A DNA stretch of 64,000 nucleotides from Nemertoderma westbladi (GCA_032718475.1 JAUCBJ010003471.1:1-64000); one strand, 5' to 3'; counted from the first letter of the stretch, positions 36,617 through 51,053 are shown. Made by a program: numbers and translations. The notes: generated by a model not told the origin, from the letters alone.

Positions 36617-37912
36617 CACCGGGCTTGAACCAAGTTTTAGTTCGAAAAAATTGAACAGTCAAAATGAATGTCTCACGTGATTCATATCTACATTCTAACT
36701 TTAAAAAACCAAATTTAAAAAAAAACGGTCGATTACTTTTTGAAATAATTGAAAAAAACCGTTTTTGACCAAAAATAGCACTTTGACGCCAAATTTTCAA
36801 ATATAAAAATGCAAAAGATAAAATTGAACGCTGAAAAAGAATATCTTACCTGGTTAATATGGTCATTCTAACTACAAAAAATGAAATTAAAAAATTAACG
36901 ATCGATTACTTTTTAAAAAATTGAAAATAGAACTTTTGACAAAAAATAGCATATTTAGCACCAAATTTTCAAATATGAAAATCAATAATTACAATCATAT
37001 AGGTATTTATTCTTTTTCCACAAAGGTTTTCATGTAAGGCGAAAATAATGGTAATATTTTCCAGAAGAATTGGTGATATGGTATGTTATTTTTCAGTGGG
37101 TGCCGAAAATTGGGTATGGTCTGTGCACTGTGCAGCACCAAATTTTCAAATATGGAAATCAATAATTATTACCTTATAGGTATTCAAATCGTTAAAAGGG
37201 ACCAAAAATGGTCATTGTTTATATGTTTATATTAATTTTATTATGAACTTCAATAAGAAAGGATAATTAATTTTTATATTGACATTTTGGTGCTATACAA
37301 CAATAATAAACAGTTATCAAATAGTGCTCTGAAATTTAAAAATTTAAATTATTGTGCAGCAGAGTTTACACCAAATTTTTTGCACCCACTAACAAATTGC
37401 ATACCATAACACGCAGTCAGCTTGAAAATATTACCATTAAATAGCATACCATATCATCAATTCTTCTGGAAAATATTACCATTATTTTCGCCTTACATGA
37501 AAACCTTTGTAGAAAAAGAATAAATACCGATATGATCGTAATTATTGATTTTCATATTTGAAAATTTAGTGCTAAATATGCTATTTTTGGTCAAAAGTTG
37601 TTTTTTTCAATTTTTTAAAAAGTAATCGACCGTAAATTTTTTAATTTCATTTCTTGTAGTTAGAATGACCATATTAACCAGGTGAGATACTATTTTTCAC
37701 CGTTCAATTTTATCTTTTGCATTTTTATATTTGAAAATTTGGTGTCAACGTGCTATTTTTGGTCAAAAACGGTTTTTTTCAATTAAATCAAAAAGTAATC
37801 GACCGTTTTTTTTAAACTTGTTTTTTTAAGTTATAATGTTGATATGAATCACGTGAGATATTCATTTGGACCGTTCAATTTTTTCGAACTAAAAGTTGGT
37901 TCAAGCCCGGTG
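36617..37912. mobile_element. 1.3-kb foldback element with ~475-bp high-identity TIRs
   Basis: CACCGGGCTTGAACCAAGTTTTAGTTCGAAAAAA / TTTTTTCGAACTAAAAGTTGGTTCAAGCCCGGTG; arms continue to ~37090 and ~37440; no clear TSD. Confidence 0.9.
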
Positions 37913-38252
37913 TGAGGGCCAATCCCAGCAGTATTTACATTGCACTGACGCTTTATAAGTTGAGTTAAGATGGGTCTCGCAGATATAAAGCTACATAGCT
38001 ATCAATTCCAATCTGACAGATTAGTTGGCTATTTATTACGAAGTTGGTTTAGCAGCAAAATATTTCAATTACGGATTTTTAATTTATTGACAACATAAAT
38101 TAAAATGGATCGGTTGATAGTCAAAATCAATTACCATAGTGATCACCGTTGATGTCAATTTCTAATTGTATACTGCAATCACAAGCGGTATGTCCATGTC
38201 CAACGTGGCAGTATGGTTAATTAATTTTCATTTTCGATATCCAATAGTTTAC

Positions 38253-38978
38253 GGCTACCAATTAAAGTCATCCCAAAATTGATGAAAATTTCACCAAAAA
38301 AAATTATTTTACACCAAATTAAATATTGTGACCCCAAATATAATTATTCAAACACCAAAACAAATTTTACAACACCAAAAACTTCAATTTAGGGAGAGGA
38401 GCAGGTTACAGCGGCATGTTATTTTAACCAAAACAATAAACTAAGCACAATAGAACAGGTTACACTTTTATTTTTGAGAATAATCCGCTGTTAATTGCGT
38501 CGAATTTCCCCTGGAGAGAGATGAATTTTTATTACGTCCAGTTTCCCCCCCTATCTGAAAACTTCAGTACTGCCGTAATACTGAAACCTAATAACAGAAT
38601 AAGTAATAGGCCATAAGCAATAGGCCTATCGGTACGAATACTGTAACTGAAGTATGGCAACTGACCAAAGCGTAGTTAATATATAATATTTGGTGCTGGA
38701 ATAATTTTTTTAGGTTGACAAGTAATTATTTTTGGGGGATGAATAATTGTTTTTGGGGGTAGAATAATTGTTTTTGGGGGATGAATAATTGTTTTTGGGG
38801 AATCAATAATTGTTTTTGGGGGATGAATAATTGTTTTTGGGGATTAATAATTGTTTTTGGTGAGAAGGATATTGAAAATTGGGGGATGTGAATTGGTGCT
38901 ACAAAAAATATATTTGGTGCAAAATAATTTATTTTGGTGTTAAATCATCTAATTTGGGGTGGCATTCAATTAGTGGCG
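38253..38978. mobile_element. Mutator-like non-autonomous element, 9-bp TSD ATAGTTTAC
   Basis: ATAGTTTAC at 38244-38252 and 38979-38987; degenerate inverted ends and a ~21-bp subrepeat AATAATTGTTTTTGGGG. Confidence 0.7.
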
Positions 38979-39124
38979 ATAGTTTACTAACTCTACATAA
39001 TAATTATGTGTAAATCCGGTACAGTGAGTGCTGCAACTGTGTGCGACGTCAGGTAAGCTTTGCCTACTGCGGGCGAGCCTGAGTCCGGGACTCGCGATCC
39101 GCCCGTCCCCGACACGACCCGTCC

Positions 39125-40826
39125 GCGTATTCCCAATCCTTACACTAGTAGGAACACATCTTGAATTGACGCTTGGGATTAGTTAATGAGCTATATTTTG
39201 ATTGGACGTTGAAATCATGTAAGGAATGGAGAGAGGGGGTCGAACTAGTGTAAGGAGTTTATACTCAGTAGGTAGGTAGAAAGTGTTACAAACGCTGTAA
39301 GGAATGGAGAAATTGGGTGAAATCATGTAAGGATTATCTGCCTATTAAACGGTTCATTGTGAGGTGACAGTAAAAATATATACGAATAACAATATACAGT
39401 ATTCAGAGTGGGAAACGTTGTATAAGGAATCGTTTTACAGAGCATTCTCCATGATTTTTCTGATGGAAAAGATTGTAGTAATAGAGTAGCTTTATTGACA
39501 GTATTTACTAGTGAAATTTATTCATTTGATGTTCATATTTAAAAGCATTTCACAATTTGTAAACATAAATATTCCAATGAAATAAACTCTTAATTTTCAA
39601 ATGATGTTTAGTATTTGTTCGATTGGCATGTATGTTCATCAACAGGTTTCTACGGCGCTTTTTAGCGCGTTAAGACATATCAAGTACCATGAGGTCGGCC
39701 AGCAAGCATCTGTTTACTTCCTGTTGTAAGAGCTACTCGTTGGCGCGCTAGTGCAGATGACTGCACACGAATAGCAAATAGACTATTCCTAAGCAAACTT
39801 ACAGTCAAACAGATGGACTCTGTGTAAAAAAGGAATGTATCCCTAGACCCTAGTAGTAAATTTTCCAATTGTTTCAGGCAACCAGGCGCGCTTACGCGCG
39901 CCTGGTTGCCAACTAACAATATAATAATATGTTCACAATAAATTATTAAAAAGGCAATTTTTCAAGCGCTCAACTGCACATGTACACTACTGTATAACTA
40001 AAAAGTCATTCAGGAGGCCAGATTTCCAGGAACTTACTGTAATAGACATTCAATTCCATTGAATCCAGGGAAAGAGTTTGTGTTGTATTCTGTGAAAGGA
40101 GCATCAGCTGGATATAATGTTATTTGCGAGAGAGATCCCAATCTATAACTTGGCAATCACTCAAATCCATTCAGCCGAATACAACAGTAGAGAATTGATT
40201 CTGGGTTACAACTAATAAGCAATCAATGACAAATTCGCGTTGATTTGCACACCGACGTCTAATAATTGGATGAAGTGTGTTCGAGAGCAACGGATATTGA
40301 GCTCAACATGTTAAGATCTTACATATTCTTAATTATCTCGAGAATTAATTAATTAATTAACGTGTAACTTTCCTATTCGATGGCCGATACACATATAAAC
40401 CACTACACAAAGTCTCGTAACGATTCACCGGAGCGTTTAAGCGGAGATACAGCTACGACAAACATACAACATTGACAATCTATTTGTATTATAGATACTA
40501 GAGCAACCCTGTATAAACCATAACAATTCTATTATAGGCCTACTGACTAGCTAATGTCACCTGCTGCTTGCATACTCTTCTAATACTGTTGGTATAATAA
40601 CCCTTACATGATTTCACCCATTTTCTCCATTCCTTACAGCGTTTTGAACACTTTGTCTCTACCTGCTATCGCTATCTACAGTAAGTGAAACAAAACCCTT
40701 ACACTAGTTCGACCCCTCTCTCCATTCCTTACATGATTTCAACGTCCAATCAAATAATAGTTTATTAACCAATCCCAGGCTACAATTCAAGATGTGTTCC
40801 TACTAGAGTAAGGATTGGGAATACGC
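39125..40826. mobile_element. Mutator-like (MULE) non-autonomous element, ~215-bp TIRs, 9-bp TSD GACCCGTCC
   Basis: GCGTATTCCCAATCCTTACACTAGTAGGAACACATCTTGAATTG / CAATTCAAGATGTGTTCCTACTAGAGTAAGGATTGGGAATACGC; TSD at 39116-39124 and 40827-40835. Confidence 0.88.
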
Positions 40827-41881
40827 GACCCGTCCACACCGTCGCCGACACGTCCATTATCCTTTCAAACGCGGACTCGAGAGGTACCTAAACCTAGTCC
40901 ATGACTGAATGAGCAATTTCGTTTTGAATTTCCCGCCATTTGGAATTTATCCAATATGTGCTTTTATATTTTACACTGGGCAGTTATTTTTCGTAATAGT
41001 ATTATTAGAAGACTGTCAGGACGTCTCACTGTAAAAGTATTCACTATTTATCTATGTATGTCTATCGGGTGAACTCATCCGAAGCTATAGCTCGAATCGA
41101 CGCAGCTCAACCCCAGGATGTGGAAAAAAAGTTTAAAAAAAAATTATTAAATTGTTTCTTTTTTATTTCGAAAAATAGCCCCATTAACACCATTGCCATA
41201 GACTCAACGATAGAAACACCAGCTGCTAGTACTCATGTGGGCCTAGTAAGCTACTACAGTACTATTTATTGAATGGATAGCCCAAACTGCAGAGAAGTAT
41301 ATTACTTGCTAAATTTATTACTCTCTCACTCTATCCCAGACAAGTAAGAAAACATCAACTGTTCTGTTAGTTTGTAATGTATTAATTACCCCGCCAGCTG
41401 AATAGCTCTTCCCAGTTAATCCTATGGGAATATCTATAAGGTTACTCACTGCTCTGTTAGGTGAGAGGCCAGCGATTGAATTTTGAGCACTGGGCCGTTC
41501 AAATGTTTCATAGGTTAATAATGAAATTTAGGGGCTGGGATTACTCTCTTTCAGACTGTAAATAAAGCAATGGGGTGGGACCCAACTACACTAAGTTTGT
41601 CTATGGACGGTCTTCTTAGTCAGTCAGCTTTTCTAGTTATTAAAGCGTTAACGTTGGTACCGTAAATGTGAAACTAACAGTGCAGTGCAACTGCTATCCA
41701 TAATAACAATAATAGGGAAGTACAGTTTTATCCCTTTCGATGGGCATGCAATATATGGCAACCCCGGGACCGTATACTGAAGAGAAAACGAAAACTTCCA
41801 CGAAAGTGGTACTTCGGTAAAATGTGAAACGAAATACTACAGTACATGCCTACCGCGCGATTAGGTACCGGTACCACTCCT

Positions 41882-43132
41882 CAGGGGCGGATCCAGGAAT
41901 TTCTTAAGGGGGGGGCTTAAAATTTTTCATAGTAACAATCAAATGTATTTAATTATAAATATTAAAATATAACCAAAACAAACAAAATCAGACATTTATT
42001 GTAATAGATGATATGATACAATGAGTAAATTAATGGGCGCAAAATGACACTTTATTTCACCTGCGGTCAATTTGTGCAGGAGATCACTTTTTCACTTGCG
42101 GATAATTATTGGACCACTATCTGAATACGCTAGCTAGGCATAGTGAAAATTTCTAAATTAATTGTATGCGACGATTTTGTCGCTTGGCATAAATATTAAT
42201 AATGGCATAAATATATGGCATACATCTATATTATAAAAAGTGGCTCGTGGGAATGTCATTGACGGCCATTCGGGCCTTATGGCAATAATGTCGGAAATTC
42301 CGCATTGCGATGATAAATTTGGGGGGGGGGGGGTGTTCTTAAGCACCTTTGGGCACTTTTTCGGTATTAGGGCCCCATTTTCCCCATTTTTTGGGTAAGT
42401 GTAATTCAGTTTTACTGCATATTACCAGTTAGCTAACAATTATTTATTGTTTGAAATATACTTGCTGTCATATTTTCTGCTATATAATTATAACTACTAG
42501 CTACAACTGTAGCTATGTACTAGTAGCTACAACAAGCTCACGAAAGTTCAATCGTTCATTTGGAAACATTATAACTAGCTAATACATTATAAAATGTTCT
42601 AGAATGTGTTGTTTCCATGAAACTAGTGAGCGACACTTTTTAAAAAAAATTTTTAAAAAATACTAGCATTATACGATAAAAAATCTTTTTGCTAGCTAGT
42701 ATTTTTAGAAATTATTCATTTCATTGAAGAATATATTAATGACCAAAATAATTTCCAAAAATTACTAGCTAGTAAAAAATCAAGTATCATGGGATGGAAG
42801 ACTGGGGGGATTTATTTGTAAAGAGGCTGGGGCTAACTACAGTAGAGATCAGAAGGTGGAGAAGGTTTATTACTTTTTCTTAGACCACAGGAGGCATGGG
42901 ATTATGTGAATCCAATCTGGTCGGGCTGCTAATGTAACTTTGACAAATTTTACCTTGCCTGAGAGTACTTTTTCAAAAAAGAGAATATAAAAATGACCCT
43001 TTTCTCAAAGGGCAGCTTATTGGAACTGTGCTACTGTATAAATCAGTAAAAATTTTCTTTATCATTACTTATGTATTTTTTTAAAAGGGGGGGGGCTAAA
43101 GCCCCTTAGCCCCCCCCTTAGATCCGCCACTG
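41882..43132. mobile_element. hAT-family non-autonomous element, 8-bp TSD CCACTCCT
   Basis: CAGGGGCGGATC ... GATCCGCCACTG; CCACTCCT at 41874-41881 and 43133-43140. Confidence 0.9.
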
Positions 43133-43884
43133 CCACTCCTGGTAGAAGCAGCAGTAAAGCAAAGGAGGCAACTTTTAAGAAATTGCCATACTTTAAGCAA
43201 TCCACCATGCTTTTATATATTTTTCACATTAGGGGACATTGTTAATATATTTTTTAAATTGAGCGCTCAAGGTACTTTTGATTTGATTGTCTGGCCTGAA
43301 ATCCCGGCCTATCACGGCCCTAGTGCTAGTATTATTGAGAAGGATACAAAACTATACGAATAATTTAAGATACGAAACGAAAACGTTTCGTATACACAAC
43401 CTCTAAAATCTGATTATATTACGATATGAATAGATAATATGAAATATTACATTTTAGATACAGTATTATTCAATTTTAAAGGTTTTATTGTTATGTCGGT
43501 ACAGGTACACCAATTAGGCATTTTTGAATTACTCGCCAAACAAGATCAACTAATCAAATCAAAAATAACATGCTGGCTCATAGACAGATACCTCAAGATA
43601 CAACAAATATATTTCACAATGTCTCTTTAGGGGCTTTGTGCAATCAGATATTTACACATTTTACATTTATGGACTGTGTACCTCTACAATGTCGGCGACT
43701 TTGGTAGATTTTCGATATGAACGGTTTAATAAATATTGTAATACTTGTGTGTAATGCGCTTTACTGTGTGCTTATTGCGTTGTTTGTTTTTGTTACACGG
43801 GCGAATAGTGACGATTGAAGTTCGCTGAGCAATAAGCCTAAATCATTTGCTGTACAATAAAAAGTTCACTTTGTCACACCTGAG

Positions 43885-46800
43885 CCTACACCAACCGGGC
43901 CCCCACCATTATAGACCTACACCACCCGGGCCCCCACCATTACTTACACCAGCAGGGTCCCCACCATTATAGACCTACACCACCCGGGCCCCCACCATTA
44001 CTTACACCAGCCGGGCCCCCACCATTACTAACACCAGCCGGTCCCCCACCATTATAGACCTACACCACCCGGGCCCCCACCATTACTTACACCAGCCGGG
44101 CCCCCACCATTAAGACCTACACCACCCGGGCCCCCACCATTACCAACACCAGCCGGGCCCCCACCATTATAGACCTACACCACCCGGGCCCCCACCATTA
44201 CTTACACCAGCCGGGCCCCCACCATTAAGACATACACCACCCGGGCCACCACCATTACTTACACCAGCCGGGCCCCCACCATTATAGACCTACACCACCC
44301 GGGCCCCCACCATTACTTACACCAGCCGGGTCCCCACCATTATAGACCTACACCACCCGGGCCCCCACCATTACTTACACCAGCCGGGCCCCCACCATTA
44401 TAGACCTACACCAGCCGGGCCCCCACCATTATAGACCTACACCAGCCGGGCCCCCACCATTACTTACACCAGTCGGGCCCCCACCATTACTTACACCAGC
44501 CGGGCCCCCACCACTATACGTACACCAGCCGGGCCCCCACCATTAGACCTACACCACCCGGGCCCCCACCATTACCTACACCACCCGGGCCGGGCCCCCA
44601 CCATTAGACCTACACCACCCGGGCCCCCACCATTATAGACCTACACCAGCCGCCCCCCCCCCCCACCATTACCTACACCAGCCAGGCCCCCACCATTACC
44701 TACACCAGCCGGGCCCCCACCATTACCTACACCAGCCGGGCCCCCACCATTACCTACACCAGCCGGGCCCCCACCATTACCTACACCACCCGGGCCCCCA
44801 CCATTATACATACACCAGCCGGGCCCCCACCATTATACATACACCAGCCGGGCCCCCACCATTATACATACACCACCCGGGCCGGGCCCCCACCATTAGA
44901 CCTACACCAGCCGGGCCCCCACCATTATACCTACACAAGCCGGCCCCCCACCATTATACCTACACCAGCCGGGCCCCCACCATTACCTACACCAGCCGGG
45001 CCCCCACCATTACCTACACCAGCCGGGCCCGCACCATTACCTACACCAGCCGGGCCCCCACCATTACCTACACCATCCGGGCCCCCACCATTATACGTAC
45101 ACCAGCCGGGCCCCCACCATTAGACCTACACCACTCGGGCCCCCACCATTATACCTACACCAGCCGGGCCGGGCCCCCACCATTACCTACACCAGCCGGG
45201 CCCCCACCATTACCTACACCACCCGGGCCCCCACCATTACCTACACCAGCCGGGCCCCCACCATTATACGTACACCAGCCGGGCCCCCACCATTAGACCT
45301 ACACCACTCGGGCCCCCACCATTATACCTACACCAGCCGGGCCCCCACCATTATACGTACACCAGCCGGGCCCCCACCGTTATAGACCTACACCAGCCGG
45401 GCCCCCACCGTTATAGACCTACACCACCCGGGCCCCCACCATTACCTACACCAGCCGGGCCCCCACCATTACCTACACCAGCCGGGCCCCCACCATTACC
45501 TACACCACCCGGGCCCCCACCATTACCTACACCAGCCGGGCCCCCACCATTACCTACACCATCCGGGCCCCCACCATTATACCTACACCAGCCGGGCCCC
45601 CACCATTATACGTACACCAGCCGGGCCCCCACCGTTATTGACCTACACCAGCCGGGCCCCCACCATTATACCTACACCAGCCGGGCCCCCACCATTATAC
45701 CTATACCAGCCGGGCCCCCACCATTAGACCTACACCAGCCGGGCCCCCACCATTATACGTACACCAGCCGGGCCCCCACCATTATACGTACACCAGCCGG
45801 GCCCCCACCGTTATAGACCTACACCAGCCGGGCCCCCACCATTATACCTACACCAGCCGGGCCCCCACCATTATACCTACACCAGCCGGGCCCCCACCAT
45901 TACCTACACCACCCGGGCCCCCACCATTACCTACACCACCCGGGCCCCCACCATTACCTACACCAGCCGGGCCCCCACCATTACCTACACCAGCCGGGCC
46001 CCCACCATTATACCTATACCAGCCGGGCCCCCACCATTAGACCTACACCACCCGGGCCCCCACCATTAAGACCTACACCACCCGGGCCCCCACCATTACC
46101 TACACCACCCGGGCCCCCACCATTAAGACCTACACCACCCGGCCCCCCACCATTAGACCTACACCACCCGGGCCCCCTCCATTAGACCTACACCACCCGG
46201 GCCGGGCCCCCACCATTAGACCTACACCACTCGGGCCCCCACCATTAGACCTACACCACCCGGGCCCCCACCATTAAGACCTACACCACCCGGGCCCCCA
46301 CTATTACCTACACCACCCGGGCCCCCACCATTAAGACCTACACCACCCGGCCCCCCACCATTAGACCTACACCACCCGGGCCCCCACCATTAAGACCTAC
46401 ACCACCCGGCCCCCCACCATTAGACCTACACCACCCGGGCCGGGCCCCCACCATTAGACCTACACCACCCGGCCCCCCACCATTAGACCTACACCACCCG
46501 GCCCCCCACCATTAGACCTACACCACCCGGGCCCCCACCATTAGACCTACACCACCCGGGCCGGGCCCCCACCATTAAGACCACCTACACCACCCGGGCC
46601 CCCACCATTAGACCTACACCACCCGGGTCCCACCATTAGACCTGCACCACCCGGGCCCCCACCATTACCTACACCACCCGGGCCCCCTCCAATAGACCTA
46701 CACCACCCGGGCCCCCACCATTAGACCTACACCACCCGGGCCCCCACCATTAGACCTACACCACCCGGGCCGGGCCCCCACCATTAAGACCACCTTCACC

Positions 46801-48095
46801 ACCCGGGCCCCCACCATTAGACCTAGACCACCCGGGTCCCACCATTAGACCTACACCACCCGGGCCCCCACCATTACCTACACCAGCCGGGCCCCCACCA
46901 TTACCTACACCACCCGGGCCCCCTCCAATAGACCTACACCACCCAGGCCCCACCATTAAGACCTACACCACCCGGGCCCCCACCATTAGACCTACACCAC
47001 CCGGGCCCCACCATTAGACCTACACCACCCGGGCCCCCACCATTAGACCTACACCACCCGGGCCCCCACCATTAGACCTACACCACCCGGGCCCGGGCCC
47101 CCACCATTAGACCTACACCACCCGGGCCCCCACAATTATAGACCTACACCATCCGGCCCCCCACCATTAGACCTACACCACCCGGGCCCCCACCATTAGA
47201 CCAACACCACCCGGGCCCCCTCCAATAGACCTACACCACCCGGGCCCCCACCATTAAGACCTACACCACCCGGGCCCCCACCATTACCTACACCACCCGG
47301 GCCCGGGCCCCCACCATTAGACCTACACCACCCGGGCCCCCACCATTACCTACACCAGCCGGGCCCCCACCATTACCTACACCACCCGGGCCCCCTCCAA
47401 TAGACCTACACCACCCAGGCCCCACCATTAAGACCTACACCACCCGGGCCCCCACCATTAGACCTACACCACCCGGGCCCCACCATTAGACCTACACCAC
47501 CCGGGCCCCCACCATTAGACCTACACCACCCGGGCCCCCACCATTAGACCTACACCACCCGGGCCCGGGCCCCCACCATTAGACCTACACCACCCGGGCC
47601 CCCACCATTATAGACCTACACCATCCGGCCCCCCACCATTAGACCTACACCACCCGGGCCCCCACCATTAGACCAACACCACCCGGGCCCCCTCCAATAG
47701 ACCTACACCACCCGGGCCCCCACCATTAAGACCTACACCACCCGGGCCCCCACCATTACCTACACCACCAGGGCCCCCACCATTAGACCTACACCACCCG
47801 GGCCCAACCATTAGACCTACACCACCCGGGCCCCCACCATTAGACCTACACCACCCGGGCCCACACCATTAGACCTACACAACCCGGCCCCCCACCATTT
47901 GACCTACACGACCCGGGCCCCACCATTAGACCTACACCACCCGGCCCCCCACCATTAGACCTACACCACCCGGCCCCCCACCATTAGACCTACACCACCC
48001 GGGCCCCCACCATTAGACCTACACCACCCGGGCCGGGCCCCCACTAGTAGACCTACATCACCCAGGCCGGGCCCCCACCATTAGACCTACACCAA
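43885..48095. repeat. GC-rich minisatellite, 26-35-bp variable units, ~4.2 kb
   Basis: Consensus CCCCCACCATTAGACCTACACCACCCGGG; very strong C/G strand skew. Confidence 0.97.
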
Positions 48096-48576
48096 TTTCC
48101 ATCCCCTTACCTTACTAAATAGAATCGAACATACTTTCTTACTTAAAAGTGACAATTGAAAATAAAGAAAAAAACGATATGTAAGAATTTGACAAATCTC
48201 ATTAAAATATGATAGAATAATGAGACCGTATTATATATAATACGATAATTATACTTCATACATGTGCATAAAAAGTAATACTTTATATGCGATGATCAGG
48301 GGTGCAAGTTACACGAACGAACACAGCGAAGGAGTGTAAATAAAGAAAAGCCGGTGAGACAGAATAAAAATGTGTCTAGTTTTATTACAAAACTGTTTCA
48401 TTGCGGTACTCCAGCAATTAAATAGCAAGATTTATTTATGTTTATTGGCTAACTTCGGAAACAACAGCAATATTTCACTATTAGTGAATAATTATCAACA
48501 TTTAAATGTTATCTATTTCGTGTAGGAACAACAGTTTCTTAAATAGCGAACTTTTATATTTCTTTAAATATAACTT

Positions 48577-50823
48577 ATATTAGTTATAGTTAGATATTAG
48601 TTATAGTTAGATATTGGTCATAGTTAGATATTGGTCATAGTTAGATATTAGTTATAGTTAGATATTAGTTAGATATTAGTTATAGTTAGATATTAGTTAT
48701 AGTTAGATATTAGTTATAGTTAGATATTAGTTATAGTTAGATATTAGTTATAGTTAGATATTAGTTATAGTTAGATATTAGTTATAGTTAGATATTAGTT
48801 ATAGTTAGATATTAGATATAGTTAGATATTAGTTATAGTTAGATATTAGTTATAGTTAGATATTAGATATAGTTAGATATTAGTTATAGTTAGATATTAG
48901 TTTTAGTTAGATATTAGTTATAGTTAGATATTAGTATATAGTTAGATATTAGTTATAGTTAGATATTAGTTATAGTTAGATATTAGTTATAGTTAGATAT
49001 TGGTCATAGTTAGATATTGGTCATAGTTAGATATTAGTTATAGTTAGATATTTAGTTAGATATTAGTTATAGTTAGATATTAGTTATAGTTAGATATTAG
49101 TTATAGTTAGATATTAGTTATAGTTAGATATTAGTTATAGTTAGATATTAGTTATAGTTAGATATTAGTATATAGTTAGATATTAGTTATAGTTAGATAT
49201 TAGTTATAGTTAGATATTAGTTATAGATAGATATTAGTTTTAGTTAGATATTAGTTATAGTTAGATATTAGTTATAGTTAGATATTAGTTAGATATTAGT
49301 TATAGTTAGATATTAGTTATAGTTAGATATTAGATATAGTTAGATATTAGTTATAGTTAGATATTAGTTATAGTTAGATATTAGTTATAGTTAGATATTA
49401 GATATAGTTAGATATTAGTTATAGTTAGATATTAGTTATAGTTAGATATTAGATATAGTTAGATATTAGTTATAGTTAGATATTAGTTATAGTTAGATAT
49501 TAGTATATAGTTAGATATTAGTTATAGTTAGATATTAGTTTTAGTTAGATATTAGTTATAGTTAGATATTAGATATAGTTAGATATTAGTTATAGTTAGA
49601 TATTAGTTATAGTTAGATATTAGTTATAGTTAGATATTAGTCATAGTTAGATATTGGTCATAGTTAGATATTAGTTATAGTTAGATATTAGTTATAGTTA
49701 GATATTAGTTATAGTTAGATAATTTAGGTATTTATAGTTAGATATTAGTTATTAGTTAGATATTAGTTATAGTTAGATATTAGTTATAGTTAGATATTAG
49801 ATATAGTTAGTATAGATAGTTGTAGTTATATTAGATAGGATAGTTAGTATATTATGTTAGATATTAGTTATAGTTAGATATTAGTTATAGTTAGATATTA
49901 GATATAGTTAGATATTAGTTATAGTTAGATATTAGTTATAGTTAGATATTAGTTATAGTTAGATATTAGTTATAGTTAGATATTAGTTATAGTTAGATAT
50001 TAGTTATAGTTAGATATTAGTTATAGATAGATATTAGTTTTAGTTAGATATTAGTTATAGTTAGATATTAGTTATAGTTAGATATTAGTTATAGTTAGAT
50101 ATTAGTTATAGTTAGATATTAGTTATAGTTAGATATTAGTTATAGTTAGATATTAGTTATAGTTAGATATTAGTTATAGTTAGATATTAGTTATAGTTAG
50201 ATATTAGTTATAGTTAGATATTAGTTATAGTTAGATATTAGTTATAGTTAGATATTAGTTATAGTTAGATATTAGTCATAGTTAGATATTAGTTATAGTT
50301 AGATATTAGTTATAGTTAGATATTAGTTATAGTTAGATATTAGTTATAGTTAGATATTAGTTATAGTTAGATATTAGTTATAGTTAGATATTAGTTATAG
50401 TTAGATATTAGTTATAGTTAGATATTAGTTATAGTTAGATATTAGTTATAGTTAGATATTAGTCATAGTTAGATATTAGTTATAGTTAGATATTAGTTAT
50501 AGTTAGATATTAGTTATAGTTAGATATTAGTTATAGTTAGATATTAGTTATAGTTAGATATTAGATATAGTTAGATATTAGTTATAGTTAGATCTTAGTT
50601 ATAGTTAGATATTAGTTATAGTTAGATATTAGTTATAGTTAGATATTAGTTATAGTTATATATTAGTTATAGTTAGATATTAGTTATAGTTAGATATTAG
50701 TTATAGTTAGATATTAGCTATAGTTAGATATTAGTTATAGTTAGATATTAGTTATAGTTAGATATTAGTTATAGTTAGATATTAGTTATAGTTAGATATT
50801 AGTTATAGTTAGATATTAGTTAT
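48577..50823. repeat. AT-rich 17-bp minisatellite, ~2.2 kb
   Basis: Unit TAGTTATAGTTAGATAT, roughly 130 copies. Confidence 0.97.
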
Positions 50824-51053
50824 AAATAAAAACAATTATTATTTCACCATTAAACGAAGTAGATTATTCTCTAAAACTTTCAACTTAATGATTTCCCATG
50901 AGCTTACAATTTTCTGAAATATGCTACTCCTACTAACTAAACTAACGGTATCGTAATAAGAGCATTGCTAGGTCTATTTACTAGATTCACTCCAAATTGA
51001 TTATATGAAAAGTTGGCCTCGGAGCCTGGTAACCCATAATATACCGCATAATC

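Noticed and set aside
36840-36860. CTTACCTGG resembling the U1 snRNA 5' end
   Set aside because: Lies within a transposon TIR; no U1 stem-loops or Sm site follow.
46756-46956. Gly-rich GGGPGG ORF resembling a structural protein
   Set aside because: Chance open frame in a minisatellite whose unit lengths constantly shift frame.
48100-48150. Possible 31-nt minus-strand exon (AG..GTAAG) as the missing CSTF3 exon
   Set aside because: Translations do not resemble the expected CstF-77 sequence.
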